From positions 384,001 through 448,000 of the forward strand of contig CAVVMW010000014.1 in assembly GCA_963749495.1 (NCBI GenBank): a stretch of DNA of 64,000 nucleotides, given 5' to 3'. The translations under genes were made by a program, and so were the position numbers. This document shows positions 21,016-30,858 of this stretch, piece after piece (position 1 is the stretch's first letter; every line of letters starts with the position of its first letter). Source of the stretch: an uncultured bacterium (GTDB lineage: Bacteria; Verrucomicrobiota; Verrucomicrobiia; Limisphaerales; UBA8199). Under the pieces are notes generated by a model. That model made no database searches. It had not been told where the DNA came from and saw only the letters and a program-made list of their open reading frames with translations.

Positions 21016-21103
21016 GCTCTGAAGGCCGTGGCCTGGTGCCAGGCCAAAACCGGAAAGGAACTTGCGCCCAGCCAGCAGGCCGCGCTCCGGCAGGCGCTGA
21101 CCA
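21016..21103 (+). pseudogene. second RecD2 fragment (segment just upstream of Walker A)
   Basis: 'KAVAWCQAKTGKELAPSQQAALRQALT'. Confidence 0.65.
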
Positions 21104-21298
21104 ACCTGGCTCAACTCAAAACCGTGTTCTGATGCCGGGTCAGCCAGCGTCTGCCTCAAAGTCCAACCAATCTCCCGGCGATGGAGGCGCTACTACGCGA
21201 GTTTGCGGCCAACGTCCAGGCGCCTTATCCCGAGACGCGTTTCGTGACGGGCAACGCTACATCGCAGGGCATCGTCCGGCCCTTCGGTTTTTCGCCAG

Positions 21299-21601
21299 CT
21301 AAGCCGATGCGGGGATTTTGCCAAGGATCGCCTCCATCTCGGACGCAGCGAAGGCCCGGAGCGTTTTAGGCCGAACGTAACCATGCGAGGCCAAAGAAAG
21401 CATCGCTGCGGCGGCGGTTTCATCGTCCGGTGCCTCACAAATGATCACCGTGTCATAATCACCTAACGTCCAGAATATGTTCCTGACCGTAACCCCAAGT
21501 TTTTTCGCCGCAGCCTTAAAGGAGGCGGCTCGGGCAGGCGACTCGCGGACGTTTTTCACTCCCTGTTCAGTGAAGTGGGTAAGAGTAATATAGCTCGGCA
21601 T
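21299..21601 (-). CDS. GYD domain protein
   Basis: 'MPSYITLTHFTEQGVKNV...FWTLGDYD...EAPDDETA...TLRAF'. Confidence 0.9.
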   Translation of the reverse strand: MPSYITLTHFTEQGVKNVRESPARAASFKAAAKKLGVTVRNIFWTLGDYDTVIICEAPDDETAAAAMLSLASHGYVRPKTLRAFAASEMEAILGKIPASA

Positions 21602-21734
21602 AATGAATCTCATTAACTGGTTTGGTCACACTTTGCCCCAGAGTTCGTTCTAAGCTGAGGCGCTACCCTTCAAATTATGCTTGTCACAAACCAGCGTCAA
21701 GAACCATATATGTCCTGATTCGACCACCACCCCG

Positions 21735-21915
21735 GAAGACACGTCCGCACCCACCGCCCAGCCTTGAGTCATGATCTTGATCCGGTGGGTGATGCGCCCT
21801 GGGCCGCAGCCGACATCCCACACGTCGTCCTTTGCGCTGATATTCGTCAATGCCAGCAATCTCTCGGCAGGAGCTTGCTGCACCAGCGCCTTCTGCTGGT
21901 ATTGCCCGGAAGCCT
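21735..21915 (-). pseudogene. class I SAM methyltransferase fragment (Tam/BioC-like)
   Basis: 'DVWDVGCGPGRIT...VGADVS'. Confidence 0.7.
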
Positions 21916-22479
21916 CGACGGCACTGACCGTTACGAGGCCCTGGCAATGGCCCGAGCGGCCACGTATCAGGCTTTCCTTCCTCTGCACACCGGCACCTGC
22001 GCAGGCTTCTGATTTGGCATATTTAACTGTCCATCACCTGCGCCAGGCACCTCTGCCGGGCCGTCACTTTGACCGCTCGCCGCACTGGTCATCAACCTCG
22101 AAATTTGTTCCGGGGCCAGTGTCCGTCAGAGCCTGCCGCATTCCGGCGCGATCATAGCACTTTACCAACCGGAATCAACACATTTGACAGGCTGCCTTGC
22201 GGGCGCACGTCGTTCAGGACAGCGGAATTTTGACCGGTCGAAGGTCACGCGGATGAGACTCGGTGCCGACCACGCCGGTTCGGCAAAGGGCAGCATGGTG
22301 AACGGGCAAGCGTCAGAATCCATATATGGCCCCCGGTCTGCCTATACCGGCTGTCCCTCGGGCGGCAGGACAAGCTCCAGGAGGCCATTCGCAGCATCCG
22401 CGCCCGGTCGGGCCTTCAGCTCAACGCCAAGCCCCAAGAAGTTCGCGAGCACATACAAGGGTCGCCTGCCGCCCACTGC

Positions 22480-22700
22480 AACCTGGATCGCTTGCTCCGC
22501 TACGTGCCCACCCGGTTCCTCGCACCCTGGTTCGCCGACCGGCTGCGCGGGGTGCCCGACTCGCGCCGTTCGGCCCTCATCCAAGACCTGGCAGGCCAAA
22601 GCCAGGAAACGCCGCTGGCCTGCCCATACTGGTTCGGGCAGGCTGAGATAAAGCTCAACGAAAGCTGGCGCTTGTTCCTCCGCGAAAACGCCGGAATGGA
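22480..22700 (+). pseudogene. fragment of an HNH-endonuclease-domain protein (N-terminal/central part)
   Basis: 'LLRYVPTRFLAPWF...IKLNESWRLFLREN' resembles the region preceding the HNH domain in that family. Confidence 0.5.
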
Positions 22701-23359
22701 GCGCCTCGTAGGTCCGCCTGGAGCGTGCGCTGGGCGGACGGGCGAGATCTGCAAGGTCTTGGCCGTTGATCTCCTGGAAGCCAACCGGGGACCGACTCGC
22801 CGGGCAGCCGCCCTGCCAGATGGCCAGCCTTGGCGCTGTGGTCCAGCCTCGGGCGCGGCATGTCCACTGTGGCCAGGGCGATATGGCCGAAAGACTGGTC
22901 CTGCCAGCGCGTAGCGCCGGTCTGTCGGCCCGTCCTCGGCCTTCCGGCCTTTGGGGTCATCCGCCGTGGGGGATGCCGGCGCGGGGCGTCCCGGCCAGAG
23001 CGTCGCGCCGCGTACAAACCGCCACCCGGTCGTGACGGTTGCCGGGCCTGCGCCCCAGCCCGGAGGGCCACACGGAGCAGCACCTCCGCTTGGTCGCCAA
23101 GGCCAGCGCCGACCTGGAGCCGGGGCCGCCGAAAGGGTGACGGCCACGACCACGGCGGCACCCATGGACGTTGCCCGCGCCGGTTAGTGCCAGCGCGTGT
23201 GCCGCGTTTCCGTGGCCCGAGTCAGCGCCCTCGTGCGGCTTGACCATCCAACCCTCGTTCCTGAGCGAACCGGCTGGCCTGAGCGCGGGTGCGCCGCAGG
23301 TCATCGGGCTCTCACTAACCCGCCCTTTGAGCGGAGGTGGGTCGAGGCTGCCCTGCGGT

Positions 23360-23953
23360 TCATTTGTCCTGGCTTGCTGTGTGCTTGGCCCTCTCGGCTT
23401 CTTCGGCACCCATCGCCTGGAGCCGAGAGGTGACTTCGTCACGCTCCCTCGCCAGAGCTTCCTCTTTGGAGTTCGACAATTCGCGGTCCCTATCTGAAAG
23501 CTTCTTCCCCTCCCCCAGCGGTTGGCGCATCTGGAAGCGTAGCTCGGCCAGGTCCGTGTTTACCCTTTCGTACCGCTTCAACAGGATGTCGAGGTCAATC
23601 TCCCTCATCCGTTCCTCGATGCTGGTGGGCTTCGCTGCCGGTTGCTCGGTCACGAACGAGGAGAGCCGAACTCTGAGTTCGTCACGGTTTTTAACAAGGA
23701 AGTCCCGTGTGGATTCCTGTGATTTACGGTCTTTATCCGAAAGTTCCTTCCCCTGCGCCTGCGAGAGGCCCATCTGGAAGTTGAGTTCATCCAGGGCCGT
23801 TGCCACTTTTTCGTACCGCTTCAACAGGATGTCGAGGTCAATCTCCTGCATCCGTGCCTCGACGCGGGTGGGCTTCGCTGCCGGTGGGTGCGCCGCGAGC
23901 GAGGTGAAGAGCATCAGGGTAACCACTGTTCCGAGTACTATTTTGGTTTTCAT
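23360..23953 (-). CDS. secreted coiled-coil protein with two 81-aa internal repeats
   Basis: Signal peptide; 'PAAKPTxxExRMxEIDLDILLKRYE' occurs twice with a 243-bp DNA period. Confidence 0.75.
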   Translation of the reverse strand: MKTKIVLGTVVTLMLFTSLAAHPPAAKPTRVEARMQEIDLDILLKRYEKVATALDELNFQMGLSQAQGKELSDKDRKSQESTRDFLVKNRDELRVRLSSFVTEQPAAKPTSIEERMREIDLDILLKRYERVNTDLAELRFQMRQPLGEGKKLSDRDRELSNSKEEALARERDEVTSRLQAMGAEEAERAKHTASQDK

Positions 23954-24099
23954 CGCGTCTATTTCGATTATCCGGCCTGGTTGAGCATTCGAGGTCGAGA
24001 TTCGCTGCTTACTTGGAGAATGACAAGCGCAAAGGGCTTGCACCTGGGATTTGGATGATTCAAGATTCTAACCGCCGGTAGCGCAAACACAGTTGCCCC

Positions 24100-24786
24100 A
24101 TGACAGAGCAGCAGTACTTCGAGGCGCAGCAACAGCTATTCAAGTCGTTGACCCTTGGCGCGGCGAGTGTAACCGTCATTCCACTGCGAACGACGTACAC
24201 AAACGCAGCCAGGTGTCTGACGGTCGTTCACTTCCTCGACGAGCGGCTGGCGAGCGCAATCTCTCAAGACATCATCGCACCGCTACGTGAAAACGAGGGC
24301 CATCACTGCTGGTATCCGCCTCACGACTTGCACCTGACCTTGAAGAACGTCAGGAGTGCAAAACCAAATCGGGTTTACACCGCCGAAGAGATACAGCAGG
24401 CCGTTAGCGCCGTGGAGCGCGCCTCGCACGGAATCGAACCTCTGACCTTTGCCATCCATGGCCCGGTCTGCCTTCCGACCAGCGTTATCCTTCGCGCCTA
24501 TGGCACGCTCAAACATCGTGAGGCCGTCCGCCTGCTCGACCGCGAGCTTGAGTTGGCAGGAATCCCTGACGACAAAGCCTACGCCTCGAACGAAGTGTTC
24601 ATTGGGAACATTACCCTCTGTCGGTTCACCACCACGCCGACAGCCGCCCTGCGGCAGGCGGTCCTGGCGTACGAGCATCTGTTCCTCGGCATGTACAACG
24701 CACGCACCATGCAACTCGTCGAATGCGATGAAGTCTGTAGTTTTGGGTCGAGAGCCATCCATGCTTCACTCGACCTTGGGGCATGA
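24100..24786 (+). CDS. 2H phosphoesterase (LigT-like) family protein
   Basis: 'DLHLTLKN' and 'GNITLCRF' match the two HxT motifs, with the second His replaced. Confidence 0.65.
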   Translation: MTEQQYFEAQQQLFKSLTLGAASVTVIPLRTTYTNAARCLTVVHFLDERLASAISQDIIAPLRENEGHHCWYPPHDLHLTLKNVRSAKPNRVYTAEEIQQAVSAVERASHGIEPLTFAIHGPVCLPTSVILRAYGTLKHREAVRLLDRELELAGIPDDKAYASNEVFIGNITLCRFTTTPTAALRQAVLAYEHLFLGMYNARTMQLVECDEVCSFGSRAIHASLDLGA

Positions 24787-24959
24787 GCAATCGGCTCGTC
24801 AGAGTGGTCGCCCTCCCGGCCCCCACGCCGCCTGGCCTGCGGGTCCGCTTCTGGCGGTGTCTGGCAGTCCGCCGACCTCGGCTGGATGTCTCCAATTGTA
24901 GACAGACCGCCACCTTGCCGTGATGGTTGCCAGACCGCAGCCCTCGGAGGCGAGGTCCG

Positions 24960-25280
24960 CTGGCGCGGCACTCCTTCGTGGCCTTCGAGGTTGGAGGCGT
25001 GCGAATCCACAGCAACATCAGAGGCGAGGAGCAAAGCCTGGAGAATCTGTTGGCCGACAAGACATTGACCGCTGCCCTGGTCGAAGCTGGCTTTCTGCCG
25101 TTCGCCCGACCTGCCACCGGAGAATACGACCGGGTTTGCTTTGACATGCGGGGCAGGAAGCATCCTCTGGACGCGCCAGTGGTGGTGATGGACCACGAGG
25201 AGATATTGAGCCACAACCGGATTCCTCGGCCCAGGAAACTGGCGGACGGCATCATGCAGTTATTTGAGGCTGAGAAGCGG
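24960..25280 (+). pseudogene. SMI1/KNR4-like protein, C-terminal fragment
   Basis: 'GFLPFARPATGEYDRVCFDMR...PVVVMDHEE'. Confidence 0.55.
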
Positions 25281-25922
25281 AGGGCCGCCCCCGCTCTGTC
25301 CTCTGCCTTTGAAGAACCGGACCAGACCCGCCACACCCCGAGCCAACGCCATGAGCCAGCCCGCTGGATACGGCAGAGTCAGAACGCCCCACCACATCGA
25401 GTGCCCGCTCTTGCCGCCAATGCCCCCGACGGCGCTCAACGCGAACATCGCGCCCACGCCGACGGCTATCAGGATGAACGCCCAAGCCCAGTACAGGACC
25501 GTTCGGTGCGCTTTCCCGCCGAGGACCATGCCCAGGGCGACCAGGCCGCTGCCGGGCAGGATGAGCAGCGAGCCTTCCAGCGGGTCGTGGCCGCTGGTTC
25601 CGCCAGCAGCCCCGACTGGTGACCGGCGCCGCCCTGGAGCCGTCGCCGCCGCGACCGGCGTGATGGTCACGCGCATGGCGGCGGTCCACGGAGGTTGACC
25701 GCGCCGATGAGCGCCAGCAGGTACGGCACCAGCACCATTTGAGCGGTCCTGGGCCTGCGTTTACGGCTTGCTCCCGCTTACCTTGGACAGACGCCGGGCC
25801 TCCGCAACTTGTATTCTTAAAGCCCAGGGCCGGATGCTACGCCCACAACCAGTGGAACGAACATCCACAGAAGCGCCAACCCCACCGAGCTTAATGGCAT
25901 CGCAAATGACGTTTATATGGGT

Positions 25923-25951
25923 TGACACGGTGTGCAGACGGGTTGATAGTG
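25923..25951 (+). promoter_or_regulatory. possible sigma70 promoter
   Basis: TTGACA, a 17-nt spacer, then GATAGT, upstream of the GloVer N-terminal fragment. Confidence 0.3.
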
Positions 25952-26209
25952 AGTATTGAATTACCTCATATATCGGGACGGTCTCAGCTTTTGGGTTGGA
26001 AACGAGTCAGCGTGGCAAAGGGTGCCATCAGCACAGGGCAGTTTTACGGCCTCAAACAACCAACGGGTTCGCACAGGTGGGCGTCCGTTCCCGATTCGAC
26101 TGCCCTCCGCAAAATAATCTGCCGCTTTTCCACCGAAATCTCGCATTGATTAGCAGCGGGTGAATCCGCTCACGCACTGAAAATGAACTCTAGCTGAAAT
26201 GGCCCCATT

Positions 26210-26575
26210 ATGATTGACCTGAACCCTTCCCGAAATCTGGCGTCGCGTCCGCGTGCCGGTTGTTTCCTTGCATTGACCGAGCCGCTGGCTGGCAGGAAGC
26301 CGGTTTTGACCCTGCTCCTACGACTGCTCTGGGCAGCCGCGCTCGTGCTGCCCGCATTTGGGGCCGAGGCCGGGGTGGTCTTAACCACCATTCATTCATT
26401 CCAGGTTTTCCCCAATGGGGAGAATCCCGCTGCCCCTCTGGTGCAGGGCAGCGATGGCAATTTGTATGGTACGACTGAAAACGGCGGGACCAACGGCGCT
26501 GGCACCGTGTTCAAAATCAGCACCAATGGGGTTCTGACCACGTTGTATTCCTTCACCGGCGGCAATGATGGCGCG
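26210..26575 (+). pseudogene. GloVer repeat protein, N-terminal fragment
   Basis: Signal peptide, then 'LVQGSDGNLYGTTENGG...GTVFKIS...LTTLYSFTGGNDG', then an abrupt junction. Confidence 0.88.
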
Positions 26576-26708
26576 AGTCACGGCGGCTGCGACCCCGCAG
26601 ACTATTGGGAGTGCATCTGGAACTTGCACGGTTCTCTATCCGAACGTATGGTCGGTTGAATAATCGTTAACTACACCAGACGCAAAACTCGGTGCTTAAA
26701 AACATACC

Positions 26709-26924
26709 ATGAAACAATCCATCACGCTCATATTCGCGGCCAGCACTTTGTTTCTGGCCGGTTGTTGCACAGCACAGCACACGACGAAGTGGGAATATCA
26801 ACGAGTAAATGACTTTCCGTCCGTTCAGAAATTAGCCGCCGAAGGCTGGAAGTTGGATGGCTTTCATTCGTTCGACCCCAGTGACACTGGCACGTTCTAT
26901 ATTTTGAAGCGTCGAGCACAATGA
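26709..26924 (+). CDS. small lipoprotein (DUF4177-like)
   Basis: Lipobox 'LAGC', 'KWEY', 'LAAEGWKL' and 'YILKR'. Confidence 0.75.
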   Translation: MKQSITLIFAASTLFLAGCCTAQHTTKWEYQRVNDFPSVQKLAAEGWKLDGFHSFDPSDTGTFYILKRRAQ

Positions 26925-27529
26925 TTGCGCCCGGCGCAGCGACCGCTGGGCGTTTTCGTTCTTGACACGAGCGCACATGACCAGATTCTCCGTTCCCGGT
27001 CGGTTGCGGTTACCGGAGCGCCGCCGTCTCGAAGGCGCCAAGGGCTGGCTCGGCCTCGGTGACCACCTGGCGCAGGCCAGCGCGGGTTGAGGACCTGGAG
27101 CGCGAGCCGTTAAGCACCTGGGCGTCCGGCTCGCCGATGTTGTCGCCGAGGTCCCTGAAGGTCGAGAAAGAGGCCGCTGGTGCCCCACAGGCGGTAGGGA
27201 CGGTGGTCGGCTCGCCCGATGCCGCCCTGGGGCCTCTTTTGGTGCGGTGGAAGTCCATCCGAGAAGCTGCGGCGGCGCTGAGGGCCAGCCAGGACGCGTA
27301 AACGCGCCTCCCTGGCGACGGCGACATCGCCCACGGCGAGCAGGGGAGCGCGAGTTGTCGAAGCACCTGGTCGTCCGGCTGGCCGCGAATGTCACGGGCG
27401 CATCGGAGCGCACGGCGGAGTTCGCGGCCAGGCACGTCAAGCCCCTCATCCACGGCGCGGCTGCCGGGAGGGAACTTGCTCGACGGGCGGTCCAGATCCC
27501 ATCATATTCGCCGTATGGCACTGCAAACA

Positions 27530-29494
27530 ATGAGAACAACTGTTCGTTTCCTGCGGGCACCTCGAATTCTGGTCAGCGCGTTGCTGCCACTGCTGGCTTC
27601 CGCTCAAACTGGGCCATTGACAGAGCGATTAAGTAAAACGGTTCTCTATGATGATATTGCCGTTGCTCCAGATGGGAGCCGAGTCGCTTGGGTCCAGGGC
27701 ACCGCTGGAACAAAACCTGCCATTGTACACATTGCTTCTGCCTCGCCGGGTTTAACAGGGTTACCGGTTCGCACTCAAACCCGGAATGACACCATCGACA
27801 GTGGTCCAGCTTGGTCCCCGGATTCCCAAACCCTCGCGTTCATTTCCACAGGCGACGAGACTAATTCGACCCGGCTGTGGAGGGTAACTGGCGATGGATC
27901 TGTTCCGCCGAAATACACGAGATTAAATGGATACGCTGCGCGTCCACGCTGGTCTCATGACGGCAGGCAGATTGCTTTCCTGTCTATCGAGGGTGCCGGA
28001 GGGGGTGGCCCATTGATGGCCGCGCCTGCCGTGACTGGTGTCATCGATACGCAAATTCATAACCAGCGAATCGCAGTCTTCGATCCCTCGTCGGAACAAA
28101 CTCGCCAGGTTTCGACTGCGGATCTTCACGTCTACGATTTCGACTGGTCTCCCGACGATCACGCCTTCGTAGCGACAGCAGCACCGGGACCTGGTGACAA
28201 TAATTGGTGGATTGCTCAACTTTATATTATCAATGTGGCGAAGGGTCAGGCTGCATCGATCTATAAACCTTCATTCCAAGTGGCCATTCCGCGCTGGTCG
28301 CCCGATGGCAAGTCCATAGCCTTCATTGAGGGTTTGATGAGTGACGAAGGCTTTCACGGGGGCGACCTTTTCACCATTTCAGCGCAGGGACACAACTTGG
28401 TAAACCGAACCAAAGGGCAGAACGGCTCAGTGAGTTCACTTTTCTGGGTGGCCTCTGATCGGGTTCTCTTCACAGAGGCGCTGGGAGGCGGCAGTGCGAT
28501 TGGGGAATTGTTGCTCGGCGACAACTCCTTGCACACCCTCTGGACGGGTGGTGAAGATATTCACGCCTCCGGGAATTTCCCCAACTTCGCTATAGTAGGT
28601 GACGGCACATTCACTGCCGTGGCACGCAGCAGCTTGGAACAGCCACCAGAGGTCTGGGTTGGGCCTATCGGCAAATGGCGTCAGTTGACCACTCAGAACC
28701 AGGCGCAATCGCCCGCGTGGGGTCAGGCAGAGAGCCTGGAATGGACCAACGGAGGATTCCATGTTCAAGGATGGCTTCTGCCTCCCAAACAGGTGGAGCC
28801 CGGCAATCGCTATCCACTGGTCGTCTTGATTCATGGCGGTCCGTCAGGCGTGGCGGAACCCGAATGGCCGGCAAAATTCGCCCTGAACGCGGCCCTTGCG
28901 TCTCAAGGTTACTACGTTCTCATGCCTAATCCCCGTGGCAGTTATGGTCAAGGAGAGGACTTTACGCGGGCCAACGTTAAGGATTTCGGTGGCGGCGATC
29001 TTGGTGATATTCTGGCTGGCGTCGATGCGGCCATTGCTCGTTATCCGATTGACCCTAAACGCTTAGGGGTAACGGGATGGAGTTATGGTGGTTACATGAC
29101 CATGTGGACCATCACGCAGACGACTCGCTTCCGTGCAGCCATGGCCGGAGCCGGTATCGCCAATTGGCAAAGTTATTACGGCCAGAACATGATCGACCAG
29201 TGGATGATTCCCTTCTTTGGCGCCTCGGTCTATGAAGATCCGGCAGTTTACAAGAAGAGCTCGCCTATCCAGTTCATCCGAAACGTGAAAACCCCAACTT
29301 TGGTAGTTGTCGGTGAATACGATGCGGAGTGCCCGGCTCCGCAGTCTTACGAGTTCTGGCACGCTTTAAGAACGCTGAACGTTCCGACGCAGCTCGTCGT
29401 CTATGCCGGGGAAGGGCATTTATTTTTGAACCCCACGAATCGGGTAGACATGCAGGACCGCACTGTAGCCTGGTTCAACAAGTATCTGAAGTAA
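27530..29494 (+). CDS. S9 family peptidase (acylaminoacyl/dipeptidyl peptidase) with beta-propeller
   Basis: WSPDG repeats, 'IHGGP', 'NPRGSYGQG', 'GWSYGG', 'GEYDAEC' and 'EGH'. Confidence 0.95.
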   Translation: MRTTVRFLRAPRILVSALLPLLASAQTGPLTERLSKTVLYDDIAVAPDGSRVAWVQGTAGTKPAIVHIASASPGLTGLPVRTQTRNDTIDSGPAWSPDSQTLAFISTGDETNSTRLWRVTGDGSVPPKYTRLNGYAARPRWSHDGRQIAFLSIEGAGGGGPLMAAPAVTGVIDTQIHNQRIAVFDPSSEQTRQVSTADLHVYDFDWSPDDHAFVATAAPGPGDNNWWIAQLYIINVAKGQAASIYKPSFQVAIPRWSPDGKSIAFIEGLMSDEGFHGGDLFTISAQGHNLVNRTKGQNGSVSSLFWVASDRVLFTEALGGGSAIGELLLGDNSLHTLWTGGEDIHASGNFPNFAIVGDGTFTAVARSSLEQPPEVWVGPIGKWRQLTTQNQAQSPAWGQAESLEWTNGGFHVQGWLLPPKQVEPGNRYPLVVLIHGGPSGVAEPEWPAKFALNAALASQGYYVLMPNPRGSYGQGEDFTRANVKDFGGGDLGDILAGVDAAIARYPIDPKRLGVTGWSYGGYMTMWTITQTTRFRAAMAGAGIANWQSYYGQNMIDQWMIPFFGASVYEDPAVYKKSSPIQFIRNVKTPTLVVVGEYDAECPAPQSYEFWHALRTLNVPTQLVVYAGEGHLFLNPTNRVDMQDRTVAWFNKYLK

Positions 29495-29592
29495 ATCAAC
29501 TGGTTCGTTCAGATGATGAAAAAGGCAGCGCCCAAGATGTCGAAGGAAAACTTGAAGACCATCGAGACGGCGCTCAGGAGTTTCAAGAAGCC

Positions 29593-30531
29593 GTGACCCT
29601 CACCCGGCAGGAAATGGCCCAGCAGGCTGCCGCCCTGGCTGCCCAGGGCGTTTACGTCGGCACGTCGTCCTGGAAGTATCCCGGCTGGTGCGGGACGCTC
29701 TACGACCGCAGCCGCTACGAATACCGGGGCAAGTTCTCCGAAACCCGGTTCAAGCGCGACTGCTTGGCGGAATACGCCGAGGTCTTCAAGACCGTCTGCG
29801 TCGATGCTGCCTACTACACCTTCCCCAGCCAGCAGTATCTGGCGGGCATGGTCGGCCAGAGCCCGGACGACTTCGTGTTCGGCTTGAAGGTGACCGACGC
29901 CATCACCATCAAGAAGTTCCCCAGCCTCGACCGCTTTGGCCAGCAAGCCGGGAAGCCCAACGCGAATTTTCTCAACGCGGAGTTGTTCGTGAAGGCGTTC
30001 CTGAAGCCCTGCGAGTGTGTCCGCCACGCCATCGGTCTGCTGATGTTCGAGTTCTCCCGGTTTTGGCCAACCGACTACGAGCATGGCCCGGATTTCATCG
30101 CCGACCTGGACAGGTTTCTGGGCGAGTTGCCCAAAGGCTGGCCCTATGGGGTGGAGATGCGAAACCGGAACTGGCTCGTGCCGGAGTACTTCGAGTGCCT
30201 CGCCCGCCATCAGGTCAGGCACGTCTTCAACTCCTGGGAGGCCATGCCTTCAGTCGGCGAGCAGATGGCGATGCCGGGCAGCCGGACCAACCCTGACCTC
30301 GCCGCCGCCCGGTTCCTGCTCAAGCCGGGGCGCAAGTATGAGCAGGCGGTGAAGGCGTTCGAGCCTTACGACAGCGTCAAGGAAGAAAACCCGGAGGCTC
30401 GGGCGGCGGGGAGGGCGCTCGTCGCGGAGGGCAAGGCGGCGGGTCCGAAGCGCAGGACGTTCGTGTTCGTCAACAACCGGCTGGAAGGGAACGCCATCTC
30501 CACCATCGCTGTCATGCTTGAGTCTGGGTGA
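29593..30531 (+). CDS. DUF72 domain protein
   Basis: 'VYVGTSSWKYPGW', 'LAEYAEVFKTVCVDAAYY', 'GVEMRN' and 'FVNN'. Confidence 0.92.
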   Translation: MTLTRQEMAQQAAALAAQGVYVGTSSWKYPGWCGTLYDRSRYEYRGKFSETRFKRDCLAEYAEVFKTVCVDAAYYTFPSQQYLAGMVGQSPDDFVFGLKVTDAITIKKFPSLDRFGQQAGKPNANFLNAELFVKAFLKPCECVRHAIGLLMFEFSRFWPTDYEHGPDFIADLDRFLGELPKGWPYGVEMRNRNWLVPEYFECLARHQVRHVFNSWEAMPSVGEQMAMPGSRTNPDLAAARFLLKPGRKYEQAVKAFEPYDSVKEENPEARAAGRALVAEGKAAGPKRRTFVFVNNRLEGNAISTIAVMLESG

Positions 30532-30545
30532 CACCAACCCGCGCC

Positions 30546-30679
30546 CTACGGCCAGCGCAGGCGGTAAAATCGACTGGGATAATTCGTCCGCTGCGGATCG
30601 CTGAAATAGGCCGAGCCGCTGGTGAGGGTGTTCGAGGCCAGCGGAGTCCAGACGGGGTTGGCGAGGTTGGTGCTGGCCT
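30546..30679 (-). pseudogene. C-terminal domain fragment of a BspA-type LRR protein
   Basis: 'ASTNLANPVWTPLASNTLTSGSAYFSDPQRTNYPSRFYRLRWP' is a paralog of the end of 17642..19060. Confidence 0.9.
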
Positions 30680-30858
30680 TCGGGTCACCAGAAAGGTGCC
30701 TCATCGCCCACCGCAGCAGCGCATTCGCCTCTACCCAGACCGCCACCGTGCAGCGGGCCAGCGCCAAGGTCGCGTTCAGCAGGACTGGGCTCGCGCTGGC
30801 CGCTCGACGCTCGCCCGCGCCGCCCGGAGATGCCCGGTTGGCTTGTCGCTGGACGTGC

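Noticed and set aside
19810..21159. 449-aa and 413-aa overlapping ORFs as real genes
   Set aside because: They run across several fragment junctions; only short internal segments are protein-like.
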